Counted from the stretch's first letter, positions 46,991 through 60,789 are shown. The stretch: 63,960 nucleotides of DNA from Rhina ancylostomus (GCA_030265395.1 JARFYF010000054.1:15064359-15128318), one strand, 5' to 3'. A program made the numbers and translations. Notes: generated from the sequence alone by a model not told the origin.

Positions 46991-49678
46991 ATTTATGAAT
47001 AAGCATCTACTACCTGTAGTTTTGGTGCCTTTTGTAGTCAATCAACTAAGCATTAACAATATTTTATTACAAAGTAATGTGCCTAGCCATTGTTGAGAGT
47101 CCTTTCCTTTTTTTAGGATAATACTTGCTTGGGTTAAAAATGCCACCACTTCATTTGCTGGAAAGTATTCACATTCTTTGTTTTTGTCTACTTTGTTTCC
47201 TGACCTTTCAAAAACTTACAAGTAACAATGGTACCATTTAGTAACAATCCCACTCACTCAAATTTAAATGCATAAATCTTTAAGGAGGAAAGACAACATT
47301 GTGCATAAAACCATGAAAAGTTGTTTGGCACTTAGTATTACAAGGAAGATTAGGGGAAAGCGTGTTCATTGGCTTTTATTACAGGAGATCGATCTTTATA
47401 TCCAAAAATCTGGAAACAAGGGAACAAGGTGGGACAATGGTAATGTCTTTCTTTTCCCCTGTAATCTTGTATCATTGAATTTTTAACAATGTGGTCTGGC
47501 ATTTGTCAAGACCAATACTTGGGGATTTTATTCAAGATTCTTGTTTTTAATGAACCTCAAGTACTGCTTTGTTATCTGAACTGCATAACCTTAATTCAGT
47601 GGTTTTAAATGTTACATAAACCTAGTCAAATATATTGCAGAATATTATGTTATTTAGATGATTAGAGACAGATTCTGAATGGCAAAAGCAGGAAATATTA
47701 ATAGGCTATATCAATAGACTGGTTGTACAAACAGATTTTATTTTTATTTTTGTTGGTGATAATACTCAAGTATATTTAATAAATTAGTGATGCCAGAAAG
47801 CTTATTTTCTACACTCAACCAAAGCCACTGTGGTAGCATATGTATTTGTGTTATAACTTTGGTGATTATAGTATCATAAGAACCTTGAGAAAGGAGATGT
47901 CCATTCAGCCTTCTCTGGACTATTTATTTCAATCAAATTACTGATTCATGCCTTTGTTTCATGGTCAAATAGAATTGAAATACATATCAATCATTTAATT
48001 GGATGACTGATTTTCTTGGGTGTCACTGTAAATACTGGACCAGTTTCAAATGGTTCAGCATTTACGGTCTTTTGTAAATGAACTATAAACAGCTGGGATC
48101 TAATCAAGCCATCATACAATTAAGGCACAACTTCCTTTCAACTATATTCTAGCCCCATTTAGATAAAAGCCAATGTTCCATTAGCCATTCTGGTCAATTT
48201 TGTGTACTAGATTTCTTTTAACTGCTCCACATTTGCCAGTTTCTCCAGACTTGGATTTGTCTGTCTTTGATACACCATCCTTCATTGAACTCTTTAACTT
48301 TTGTCCATTCCCTTAATTCATGTCCTTTTGTAAGTCTGTGCTCTCATCCACGCCTCCCAACTTATCTAAAAGGTTCTAAAATTGTAAGAGTAACTGTACT
48401 TTTTCAAAAAAAAATTGTGCACTTCTCTGACATTGTGTGAAAAATAACAATCAATAATTTAGTAAGAGGAGCCAAGGCAGGATGAGTCTGGTTACTTGTG
48501 GAAAAATAAGGAATTATCAGAAACAGCTAAGCCACGACATCATACAGATATCTTAAAATAAAAATCAAGCTCAAATCATTCAGATAGTCTAGAAAATAAC
48601 ATATGTAGAAAGAGAGAAGGAATTTTGTTGCCATGTTTAGTTGTTTTTACCCTTTGTTTTCATTTGCTGAAATTGGAGTAAAACAGTGGTAGTAATTCTC
48701 TTATAAACTGTAGAAAGGGGAGCAGAATTGATTATCAAAAAAAATTATTTTTCAGTATCCTTGGGACTGATTCTAGGTCAGGAAGACTTTCAGTACTTTT
48801 TGTTAAATTCAAAGGTTGCTGATTTTGCTATTTGAATTGTATTTTTTCCTTGTGGTTGAAGGAATGTGTAAATGGTTGAACTTGTGACATATGTGTTAAC
48901 TATTCATAGGTCAAAATTGTATAATCCTGAAAAGTAACATAACAAATTTAGCATCACTGCACAAGAATAGTTCATGAAAGAAATGTATCCCTTTGTATAT
49001 GTAGGTTATACATTCTAATCTTGAAATTCAAACTTGCAGTATTTCAGTGGTCCACGACTGAAACTGAACTTTTCCTGAAGTGAAATGTAATGATAACCAT
49101 TTCCTGGTTGTTATGCATCACTAAGGAAATATAATCTAGTGCCAGCTGGTGTGGGTCATGTTTGTACATCTTAGCAAATGACGTTATGTCATTACCCATA
49201 AATGAGGGAAAACGTTTGATGGTAATAATGTTACTATTAAAGCAAAACACTATAGATTCTGGAAATCTGAAATAGAATAGAAAATACTGGAAATGCTAAG
49301 CAGATAATTATAGCATAAGCTAATTTCTTACCAACATTCTCCACTAGCTAGAAGAGTGCTGGTTGCATTAAGGTGGACCTTTTTAAGGGCTTTTTCCTGA
49401 GAACTGTAAGAAAAGGTGCTATTAACAGTGGAAATTCAAACCCTAACTTCCTGAAAGACAGTAACATTACACAAGAAAACTTGCTAGTTCTGTTTGGAAC
49501 TCGTTTTAATGAGTATTATGGTTTTGTTTAAAGAAAAACTTTTAAAATTGTCTTGGGGAGATTGTCGATGATGTTTTAATTTAAGAAAAACGGTGCAGCC
49601 AAATGTCTAGGCCAACCAATCTTGTAGCTGTGTGTTACATGTATAATTATTTGTTTACCTTTTCTTTGATGGTCTTAG

Positions 49679-49807
49679 GTGTTTTTCAGAGCAGGAACTC
49701 TTGTTAAATTGGAAGAACAAAGAGATGAACAGACCAGAAGGAATATCACTCTTTTCCAGGCAGCTTGCAGAGGATACCTTGCACGGCAGTATTTCAAGAA
49801 AAGAAAG
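49679..49807 (+). CDS. MYO18A: MYO18A E20, IQ motif ([43 protein letters not shown])
   Basis: VFFRAG and IQ-like [11 protein letters not shown]; cttag acceptor, gtagaa donor; 129 nt. Confidence 0.98.
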
Positions 49808-49968
49808 GTAGAATGTCAACAACACTTCATAAACCAAACAGAGTTTTATCTGTATTCATTTGGTGCAGATTGTAACACAGTTACAAAAAGTTTTTCTTTT
49901 CTTTTTTAATTAATCTAAAGCTTATGCCCATCCAATAATTAAAACTAATTTAATATATTTCTTTTCAG

Positions 49969-50112
49969 ATTCAAGATCTAGCTATTCGTTGCATCCAGAA
50001 AAACATTAAAAAAAACAAAGGAGTCAAGAACTGGCCATGGTGGAAATTATTCACTACAGTTCGGCCATTAATTGAGGTTCAGTTAACAGAGGAGCAAATA
50101 CGAGGCAAAGAT
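49969..50112 (+). CDS. MYO18A: MYO18A E21, neck/hook ([35 protein letters not shown]...RGKD)
   Basis: WPWWKLF...RPL motif; tttcag acceptor, gtaagc donor; 144 nt. Confidence 0.98.
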
Positions 50113-50179
50113 GTAAGCACTTTAAACTTTTTTTCAGTTTTTCACATTATATTTTTGCTAAGCCATACATGAAATATGC

Positions 50180-50317
50180 TTTCTATATTTTATTGTACGG
50201 TTATCTAAGCTTTGAGTGATAACCAGATCTCTTTGTAAGATATGTACAAACTTTGATGCTATATACCATTTGTATTGATTTGAAAACTAGTAAAAAAGAT
50301 TGAAAAAGAAAAAGAGA
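50180..50317 (+). mobile_element. Very short L1 3' end with 9-bp TSD
   Basis: Homologous to 42080-42207; flanked by GAAATATGC at 50171-50179 and 50318-50326. Confidence 0.8.
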
Positions 50318-50892
50318 GAAATATGCATGTGCATGTGCACATGTGTACACACAGGTACATTTCACTTTTACTCCTTCCACCTGACTTTGAAACAGGTTAA
50401 TTAGGAATGGGAAGCATAGCAAGTTTCTTATACCCTCCTTATCCATGGGCCATAAAGTTAATGAGACAGTACAGATTGAATGCCCTTGTGATGGAGATAA
50501 TTGGGCACCCAATGCCATACTGATGATCAGCTGTTCACCGAGAGGGGAAAAAGTGAAAGTTCTTGTTTTAATGAATTACGTTCTGTCAATTTTGACACCA
50601 CAGTTCTTATTGTCATTTTTCTCATGGCAATACATTCAAAACAATTTTTTTGGAAAAGTTATACTTATTCAATGCATTTGTTGAAATTAACATACTGTCT
50701 GAAAGCAATGCAACTTTTCCAAGACATTTCTGAAAGTTGTTTTAAAAATTCAAATGTTGGAAAGAACAATGTCAAGGTTTTGTCATTCATGGGATTTAAT
50801 TTCTCTTGCGCCAGGTAAGGTTAAATTTTCAGTTAATTTCACCAACCATTGCATAGGATCTAACCAATAAACATGGTGTCTCACTATATTAG

Positions 50893-50982
50893 GAGGAGAT
50901 TCAGCAGCTCCGCAGCAAAATAGAACGGGTTGAAAAGGAACGCAATGAATTGCGACTAACAAGTGATCGTCTAGAAAGTAGG
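50893..50982 (+). CDS. MYO18A: MYO18A E22, coiled coil ([30 protein letters not shown])
   Basis: attag acceptor, gtaagg donor; 90 nt. Confidence 0.96.
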
Positions 50983-51644
50983 GTAAGGTTATAGCTGGGA
51001 TCCTTTTGTATATCTGGTTATTGCCGTTTATGAAACAATAGTTACTTTCCAACTGTCAGCCTAAATTATTTGATGCAACACAGTAGATTGTAAGTGAAAT
51101 TAAATATTAAGTCTTCCCAAATTTTATTTTGGCTGTAAAGAATGGAGTTGTTGTTACTCATTTTAATGAATGAAAAGGAGCATTATGGTAAATATTCAGT
51201 AATGGAAGACTGCTTGAAATTAGTTGAAAACCAATTCAATTAAGGTCAAAACGTAAAGCTTCTTTGAAGCATTATGCAAGCTATTAAGACCGTATTTTGC
51301 TTATTGTTCGAGTAAGTGGATTTATGATCCAATATGGAGTTAACTTGAATTTCAAACATTGAAATAATTCAAAGTTGCAAAACATATATGGAGGGATTAA
51401 AAGTAATTTTATGCATCCTATAGTTAATGAGAAACAAAGTGGCATGGCAATAGCTTGGATTTTGATGTTAAATGCTGATTGTTCAAGAAAGGACAAGTGA
51501 CGTATAACTGCTGAGATCTCCAGAATGTTCATGTGAGCAGCCAAACGCAGAAGTCCCAAACTTTTTGAAGAATACTAGGTACCATATCTGTCAAAATACT
51601 TCACTGCTGATCTCCCTTGGATCTTATTTTTATATATTCATTTT

Positions 51645-54055
51645 TCAGGCTCTAGGCCTAGCTGGCAAGACCAGTATATATTGCCCTTCCCTAATGAGAG
51701 GTGGANNNNNNNNNNNNNNNNNNNNNNNNNNNNNNNNNNNNNNNNNNNNNNNNNNNNNNNNNNNNGTTGGGTAGGGGTTTAGCATTTAGACCCAATAACC
51801 TTATCTCCAGATAAGGATGGTGTGGGCTTGATGTGGACCCTGTAGGTGGTGGTGTTCCCATTTGCCTGCTATCCTCCTCTTTCCTGACAGTAGAGGATGT
51901 GTTTGGGAACTGCGAAGTTAGAGCCCAGATGAGTAACTGTACTGCATTTTTGAAGATTCCCACATTGCAGCCACTATGTGCTAATGTTGGAAGGAATGGA
52001 TGCTTAAGGTGGTTGATGAGATGCCAATCAAGTGGGCTGCTTTGTCCTGGTTGGGATTAACTTTCTTGAGAGTTGTTGGCACTGCACTGATCCAGGCAAA
52101 TGGAGAGATATTTCTAATTTGTGCTTTGTCAATGGTAGAGAGGCTTTGGATATAAAGAGATATTACCTCAGCATATTCATCCTCTGACCTTCTCTTGCAG
52201 CCAGAAAAGTTATGTGACTGGTCCAGTTAAGTTTCTCATCTCTGGTCACGCAGGATGTAGACAGTGGCTTCGGTAATGGTTTCGCTGTCAAGGATTGGTG
52301 GTTAAACACGTTCTTAGAGATAGTTATAGCCGAGCACTTTCATAGTATGCATATTACATTGACACTTATCAGTCTATGTCTGACCTTTGTCTAGGCAACC
52401 ATACACTGCTTCATTTGCTAANNNNNNNNNNNNNNNNNNNNNNNNNNNNNNNNNNNNNNNNNNNNNNNNNNNNNNNNNNNNNNNNNNNNNNNNNNNNNNN
52501 NNNNNNNNNNNNNNNNNNNNNNNNNNNNNNNNNNNNNNNNNNNNNNNNNNNNNNNNNNNNNNNNNNNNNNNNNNNNNNNNNNNNNNNNNNNNNNNNNNNN
52601 NNNNNNNNNNNNNNNNNNNNNNNNNNNNNNNNNNNNNNNNNAGGAGTGTTTTTCCTCTTGATGCCCTTCATTTTGGTTTTATCAGGGTTCTTTGAGTCCA
52701 CACACAGTCAACTGTAGATTTAATGTCACAGGCAGTCATATTTATCTCACTTGTGGAATTCAGCTCTTTGTCTGTTATGAGGTCTGAAGTGGACAAAATT
52801 CAAACTCTGCATTAGTGGGCAAAATATTGTAAGTGTCTCTTGATCTGACTGTCAATGACACACTCCATTACTTTGATGGTGATTGAGAGTAAACTTGGCG
52901 ATAATTGGTCAGATTAGATTTGCCCTACTTTTGGTGAAAGGGCATACCTGGGCAATTTTCCACAATGCCAGGTAATGGAGTAGCTTGGTTATCTGCATGG
53001 CTAGTTCCAGTCTTCAGTACTAAAGCTGGACTGTTTTCTGGTGCCGTTGCCTTTACTCTATTCAGTCATCTTAATTGTTTCTTGATATAACATGGAGGTA
53101 ATGAAATTGATTGAAGACTGGTTCCTGCGATGGTGGGGATCTCGGGAGGAAGCTGAGATAGATCATCTAGTTGGCACTTCTGGCTGAATGCTGTTGCAAA
53201 TGCTTCAGCTTTGTCTCAGCAATTGGGAATGGCGATGTTCTTGGAGCCTCCTCCAACCATTTGCTGTTTAGTTATCTACCACCATTCACAACCATATGTN
53301 NNNNNNNNNNNNNNNNNNNNNNNNNNNNNNNNNNNNNNNNNNNNNNNNNNNNNNNNNNNNNNNNNNNNNNNNNNNNNNNNNNNNNNNNNNNNNNNNNNNT
53401 AGTTATCTACCACCATTCACAACCATATGTGGCAGAAATGTAAAACTTCTTTGATCTGGTCTGTCAGATGTGAGATTGCTTGGCTCAGTTTATTGTTTGG
53501 TGCTTTTGCTGTTTACCTGTCCTCTGTATAAACTTGGGACTTTGTTTCCACAAGGACAATGGGGTAGTTACTTCTCCCAATGCCAATGTAAACATGTACA
53601 TCTGCCACTGATGGATTGGTGAGGACAAGGTCCACTTGGTTTATCTTGCATATTGATTTACTCATGTTATACCACAGACCATATGGTAGCCTTGTCCTTT
53701 GCAGTGTGATCAATGGTGATATTACCAAGCCACACTTTGTGATGAATATTAAAGTCCTCTATCACACTTTTTTGCCCTTTCCTATATTAGTATTTCTTCC
53801 AAGTATTGTTTAATATGGAGGAACACTGATTCATCAGTTGAGGACTGTATATTTGACCTGATGTGATACTTCATGGGGTCTGGAATCAAACTTAATGATT
53901 ACATTAAGTTTGATGTCACATCTGGTTGGTTGGTGCAGATGGTGGGACCAGCCATAACCACAAATTGTGGTGGAGGAGTCTGGCATATTGTGAGTACAAT
54001 TATGTCAGGCTGTTGCTTGATTAATCTGTGGAATGGGTCTTTCATGGACACCAGT
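51645..54055 (-). mobile_element. Long degenerate CR1/L2-group LINE, same family as 39950-42780
   Basis: 52944-52967 is the exact reverse complement of 41042-41065 (24 nt); reversed tail near 51660-51700. Confidence 0.75.
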
Positions 54056-54739
54056 CTATAGATGAAGAAGGTTGTCTAAGGTTACAACAGGATCTAGATC
54101 AACCGGGGAAGTTGGCAAGGGAATAGCTGATAGGAATTAACTTTTGGAGTGTTGTCAGTTTTTGTATTGCCATCAACAGTCAATTTAATTAATCCATTGC
54201 TGTGGGAGAATGATGAAGACTGGTTTTGCAAAAGTAAATACAATTTTCTTTACATGTGGAAACTAATTTGTAGTTAAAGCATTTCTAGATTCAAATGTAA
54301 AGGTTTAAGAACAATTGTTTTATTCCATTATGCAAAAATACAGTAGCTCAAAAGAAATAGATACACCAGGTAAAGAAAACATACTGAAAAAACAATATGT
54401 TAGTTGGGTGCACATTTCAGTACTTCATTACATATGCAATTTAATTTTGTACCCTACAATATGTAGTTATTTTACTCACTTCAATTTCCAATTTCTTGAT
54501 CACATAACCTGTGTTGAACTAAAACTAGTTTGACAATTTTTGACCTGTAATTTAAAATGTTAATTTGCTGCATTTTGATTCAGATCAAAAATCATATTGG
54601 GGTTCAGAATAAAACACTATTAAGCTTAGAATGCTGGTTCCCTATCTTCAAATTAGTATTGATAATTTCCAATAACGTTTATTGTTACAAATATGTGCTA
54701 GTATAGACAGTGGTTTTGATTATTTGATTTCAATAATAG

Positions 54740-54859
54740 CTTGGGGAACTGACATCAGAATTGACAGATGAAAGAAATACTGGTGAATCAACATCTCAAC
54801 TTCTGGAGACAGAAACGGCAGACAGACTTCGGTTAGAGAAGGAAATGAAGGAGTTACAG
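54740..54859 (+). CDS. MYO18A: MYO18A E23 ([40 protein letters not shown])
   Basis: aatag acceptor, gtgagt donor; 120 nt. Confidence 0.96.
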
Positions 54860-55039
54860 GTGAGTTAAGAATTATTTTTCCCTTGAAATTCTGGTAGACA
54901 TTGTGCAAATTTTTGAGTAGCATAATTGGGGAAAAAAAAAGTATCCAAGTCTTTCAGTGAGGTTTGCAGGTTTGGTAGTTGAAGAACCAGTTTTTAATTC
55001 AGCCCTCAGTTCAGTGGCTATTTTTTTTTCTTGACCTGG

Positions 55040-55640
55040 AAATTTGAGAACAAAATCTTGCATTTAAAGAGACCTTTGAATGTAATTAGGAATCTCAAGC
55101 TATTACACAGATGTGACATAAAACACCAAGTTTCCTAAATAGGTTCTAGGGTATTCAAACACTGAGTCAATGGGCTAGATTTTAGGAAGTGTCTTAAAAG
55201 AAGAGAGACATCTGGAGAAGTGAAGAAGCTTAGTGAGGAAGTTCCAGAGATAAGGTCAAGGTAGTTGAAGACCCAGGCACCAACAGTGGTGCAATTAAAA
55301 CTGTGGATATGCAAGCTGCCAAAATCGATAGAATGTAAAGACTTTAGAAGATTGCTTCTCCTAATCCTAGGAGGGATTAGATGTAGAGAGGGGAAAAAGC
55401 TTATGGTGGGATTTGAAAGCCAGTATGAAAGGTATTATCAGATTGGAAGCTCGTGTTGATCAAGAGCAACGTAGATGATGGGTGAGTGGGACTGTGCAAG
55501 ATATGGGCAGCAGAGTTTGAGTAGGCAAACATTAATCGAGTACAACATAACAAAAGCATGGAAATGGGTGTCAGCAGCAGTTGCGCCGGGAGAGACAGTG
55601 GTATTACAGAGAACTAAATAGGCAGTCTTGGAGTAGAATA
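55040..55640 (-). mobile_element. L2-like LINE 3' relic
   Basis: Antisense counterpart of 62450-63175 (degenerate). Confidence 0.5.
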
Positions 55641-56022
55641 AAAACAGAAAATGACAGAAACATGGCAGGCAGCAGCTGTGGACATAGAAACAGANNNNNN
55701 NNNNNNNNNNNNNNNNNNNNNNNNNNNNNNNNNNNNNNNNNNNNNNNNNNNNNNNNNNNNNNNNNNNNNNNNNNNNNNNNNNNNNNNNNNNNNNATCTGT
55801 GGAAATAGAAACAGAGCTAATGTTTCAGGTTAAAGACCCTTCATCCCTTGGTGAAGTGGAAAGTTGATGAATCTATCTGAGTCAAGAAGGACAATAACAA
55901 TTTCTTTAATAAAGAACTTTTATAAAATATATGTATGTATGCAAGTATGTGAAGCAATTTCAGTTATCTAACACATTATAAATTTTGAGAACTGGTCATT
56001 TGTGAAGGATCATTTGGTTTAG

Positions 56023-56134
56023 GCTAAATGTGATGGAATGAAGAAACAGATGGATTCAATGGAAATGGAAGTGATGGAAGCTCGGCTTATCAAAGCAGCA
56101 GATTTAAACGGAGAATTGGATGATGATGAGTCTG
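56023..56134 (+). CDS. MYO18A: MYO18A E24 ([37 protein letters not shown])
   Basis: tttag acceptor, gttagt donor; 112 nt. Confidence 0.95.
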
Positions 56135-56546
56135 GTTAGTGGTTCATTTTCATTGTCTGAACATTTTAGAAATTTTTCTTTTAAAGCCAGGAACCAACAT
56201 ACTCCTATCTGTAGATTTATCAACAATTTCCACCATTGCAGTATTGTTCCATGTACTCAAAAAAGAAAACAGATGCAACTGCAAATTTTATTTTCACATA
56301 TTTAAGATCTCCTGCTATCATGAACTCTTGAATATAGCAACCCATTCAAAAACCATCAAAATTTCATTGTTGAAATTTAGACAAGTTTGAATATACAGCA
56401 AAGCTGAGATGCAAACCTGAGATCTTCAGTGTAGTTTTTTTTTGTTTGAAGTAGTGGTTTCTCTTAAAAGTACCTCTTTACATATATGTGAATTTAAATG
56501 GTAAACTTTAGGCTGTTGGCATATTGCTTTTATTTTCTTCCCATAG

Positions 56547-56674
56547 GTGGAGAATGGAGAATGAAGTATGAGCGTGCAGCAAGAGAGATAGATTTCACTA
56601 AAAAACGACTGCAACAGGAATTTGAGGACAAACTGGAGGTTGAATTACAGAGCAAAAGGCAAATGGAGCGAAAA
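56547..56674 (+). CDS. MYO18A: MYO18A E25 ([42 protein letters not shown])
   Basis: ccatag acceptor, gtgagg donor; 128 nt. Confidence 0.97.
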
Positions 56675-56767
56675 GTGAGGAGAAACGAGGAACACAATTA
56701 TTAATAAATATTTTGCATATATTTATAGATGAATATTAAAGCTTGGAGTGGTGCAGCACCTTGGAGC

Positions 56768-56817
56768 ACTGACATTTGGTGCTTTTGCTAAATTGAACAA
56801 AGGCACCAAATGTCAGT
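56768..56817. repeat. 50-bp near-perfect inverted repeat (hairpin)
   Basis: ACTGACATTTGGTGCTTTTG-ctaaattgaa-CAAAGGCACCAAATGTCAGT: 19 Watson-Crick pairs plus one G-U. Confidence 0.9.
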
Positions 56818-58533
56818 TTTCTTCCTTGCCATTGCTAGCTTGCCTCTTAAAATTTTGTCTTAAGGAAACTGCATCTATTGTTTTCACTGTGACTCTTACA
56901 TGGGGCTGAATCTTGTGGGCTGCATTTGTCAATTTCAAAGGAAATCAGTTGCTTAGCTATTTTTAAGCCCAGGTTCATGTGCACCTGCTGTGGGGGTAAA
57001 ATTTACTGAGTAATGGTTAGCACTGTGAGTTCAGAAATGGAGCCCAGTCTTACTGGGAATCTCTGACATTATGGTGTAGAACCATATCTCAGAATGTGTT
57101 TCAGTCCAACGGTGCGAGATCTGTAGCTCCATTGATTTCACTGGAGATTCTAAGCCTGTAGATTAGGAGGCAAAAGGGGTGTAAATTATTATATTTGTTT
57201 ATTTATCTTAATACTTTTCTATGTTTATTAATCATGAAGTTTTAAATATTTTATTTCAATTTTAATTGTTTTGTAATGTCTCTAAATCTCAGAGACTTTT
57301 TAAAAACTATTAAAATCACTTGCGGTTTTGACAACAGTCAAAGCTGCATCTCAAAGCTTGTCAGGGACATTCTAGGAACAAGTCCTGGAGTCAGCTTCTT
57401 GAGGCCTAGTTGCCTTCTGGACCTTCCCATTCAACTTGAAGGCTAATAAGATTGTCCCTTCACAAGTGAGTAAGATAAAATGATCCCACTCACAATTTTC
57501 TTATCCACTATTCAAAATGGTACTGATTATTTGCAAGTGTTTTTTTGTTGATATAGAAAAGTGAATTGTGTGCAAGTGGGAGAGCTGAGAAAGCTTCCAT
57601 TTGCAATTAGTCACAGACTCTAAGTTATTACATTGCAATATCTTTCCACAAATATTCTTTTCCCAAATCTTTTGATTGTGAATTATAACTCTTATTTTGT
57701 TGAATTAATAGCTGCACTACACTGCAACCAACTATTCAACTCAGTTAACAGGATAAATTACATATTAGAAGTTCAGTTACAGGAATTCTTCACTGTGGCA
57801 GTTCAGAACTTAAACAAAATAGCATCTTGATGTTATTTGACTCCACAGATATCCTTTCTTTTATGGTCCTCTTAGTGTGTTGGGTTTCAAGTCCAATTTC
57901 TTATCCATCATCAAAACCTTTTGCCTCTTCCTCAGCAACAAAGCATATCTCTATCTGTACTGTACCCCTATATCTGTACTGTACCCCACCCTCCAACCTT
58001 GCTTCCATTTTGTTAATTCTGTAGTCCGTAAACACATCTTTGGAACATTCAGGTGCTACCTCTATATCGCCTCCCTTCGTTAGCTGAATAAATAATACAG
58101 ATGCAGTTATTCTATCTTTTTTAAATTGCCTCTAAATGACCAAAGAAGCTTTATCAAATATAAATCTTATTTTTAATTTTTGAAAGGCAGCTGGAAACTA
58201 GGTAGAGAATGAGAAGCCAAACAGTATTTTAGAACATTTAAAACTGTCTTGGGTATCACTACTTTGACATGTCAGTTGAGGATCATTAATATTGAACATT
58301 TACTACCACATCTTACTTGGTTAAAGCCAAATAATTAATGTAATGTATGTTTCCATATATCAATGTGTATTGCATTCCAAAATTAACTAACAGCTAAAAA
58401 TTCTGCAGCTGCTACACTGATGCCTCTTTTAAAATCAGTATGAACAAAGTCTTGCAGGCCCAAAAGATTTTGTAAATAATTTGGCTGCAAATATATTAAC
58501 ATTAATACCTAACATTTGCTCTTGTGCTTTCAG

Positions 58534-58688
58534 ATTGCAGACTTGCAAGCTGATAATGAGGAAATGCAACGTAGCATTCAACAGTTGAAGAAAAAATCCC
58601 AGCGACTTACAGCAGAATTGCAGGACACTAAGCTTCATCTTGAAGGTCAACAAGGACGTAACCATGAATTGGAAAAGAAGCAACGAAA
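58534..58688 (+). CDS. MYO18A: MYO18A E26 ([52 protein letters not shown])
   Basis: LEKKQRKFD tail motif spans the junction; tttcag acceptor, gtgagt donor; 155 nt. Confidence 0.97.
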
Positions 58689-59499
58689 GTGAGTAAATTC
58701 ACAAAACCCAAATTGTGAGAAGGTAATCTCCTTTATTTGTTTGCCATAGGCTGGTTGATCTTGTACATCTTAATTTAAATCTATATGATTTACAAATCGT
58801 AATGAGCTGCTGATAATGGTGTTCATGCGGCACTAATACTGCATATTATACATTTATGAAACAATGAAATAACCTTTTGGAATTGTGCAGTTTTACAATA
58901 ATGTAATAGCCTTTCTAATTTGGAACACGAGTTGGCTATTGAACATCACAAGCCACTTTTTCTGAACATCATCCAGCAGCATCTAATTCCCTTGTTCAGC
59001 AAAAAAAAATCTAAGTTGTAGTATCATTAACTGAGCTGAATCTACTGCTTTTTGTGGGAGCTGGCTTGTGGGTTCTAATAGCTTCCGTGCAAAAATTATT
59101 TGTTTAAAACGTTTGGTCCTCATTTTGAATTGTTCAACATTGCTTGGAATACAATTCTCTGCCACCATCCAACCTTGCTTCCATTTTGGTAATTCTACAA
59201 TCCCCTCCTTTCAAGAGAAATATTTATCTTTCAATGGTACGGTGCCTAGAACAACATACAAACTTTATGTAATAAGATCAAGAAGAACCTGAAATCATTT
59301 AAGCTACATTCGTAGACTGGAATAATAATTCACTTAAGTAAATTTTGAAGCCTTATAGAAATTAATTTTTTTTTTGCTTGTGTTAAACTGAAAGAAATTG
59401 CAGCTCATATGGGCTAGAAGTTTCACATCACATCACAGAGATGGGAGAGGTTGATGGAGAAATAATCACAATCTTCATCAGCATACATGTTTGAAGCTA

Positions 59500-60150
59500 A
59501 CTTGCACATTAATTCTTCAAGGAACAGCAGTATAAATGACTTGGAGGAAGACTGAAGGATAGATATTTTGGGGACTGTATGGGTAACAGTTTGGAGCAAT
59601 GAATGATTAGCTATATGGAATATATTTGAAGCACAATTGTATTTTTTGAAGTGGAGTGAAATGAAGGAAGTCCCAGTGCTGGACATTGAAGGAGATGTAC
59701 ATGATATGATTGATGGTGTGAAAAACCTTGGAGAACTGAGGAGGGATATCACAGGCAAAGTAACAGAGCATGTTATTTGTGACTTTGCTTTCAGAGATGT
59801 GGGAGCAGAAGAAACCAGATCTAGAAATACAGTTAGGAAGATGTGGGAAACAATGGATATAACCTTGGGAANNNNNNNNNNNNNNNNNNNNNNNNNNNNN
59901 NNNNNNNNNNNNNNNNNNNNNNNNNNNNNNNNNNNNNNNNNNNNNNNNNNNNNNNNNNNNNNNNNNNNNNNATGGATATAACCTTGGGAAGCATGAAAGT
60001 TCAAGCATTTTGGAATGATAGATTTGCATGGGAGATGGGTCAAGGATGAGTTTTTGAGCGAGGAACAGCAGCTTTAAAAGGGAGTTGGGGTGACCATATC
60101 TTGCCATTTGTGAAAAGATAGCTCTCATCCAGATTTTCTGGTGCATAAGC
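59500..60150 (-). mobile_element. Old L2-like LINE relic
   Basis: Degenerate purine-rich segment; no intact ORF; family uncertain. Confidence 0.45.
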
Positions 60151-60789
60151 TGGAATAGAATTGCAGCGCTGTGCAGATTTTTAATATGACTATTTGAATA
60201 TTTATTTTAAAAATACCAAGTTTTATTTTTAAAGTCCAATTCCATATGTCAAATTGTGAGGGCATTTCAGTTTCTGACAAAACAAAGCATAGACATTATA
60301 GTGGAATATCATGTGACATATAAACCCTTAATTTTTTTTTATTCATTTGCTGCCAAGGTCAGCATTGATAGCCCTTGGGAAGCTAGTGGTGAGCTAGTTT
60401 CAAGAACCATTGCAATTATTATGGTAAAGATACTTGCATGTGCTGATGTTATGTAGAGAGTTGTATAACGTTGAACCAACAGTGATGAAGGGATGATGAT
60501 ATACTGTATGTACAAGTCATGATGCTAAGTGACGTGAAGGGGAACGTAGTTATGGTACACAGGTAGTTTGAATCATTAAACAATAGGCTGTGGCTTTGAG
60601 TCAACTTATGCCTAGTTAACAACATACTTTTCAAAATAATGTGTCTCATATCTAAGGAGCTTTAAAGTATTGGAAGAAAATTGATTTTATGACATCTTGG
60701 AAATTGTCCCATGTGTAACACCTCATCATCCACAGCAAGTTAGAATTATTCTGTTTGTTCTAATGTTTTCTTTAACTTTCTTCTTCCAG

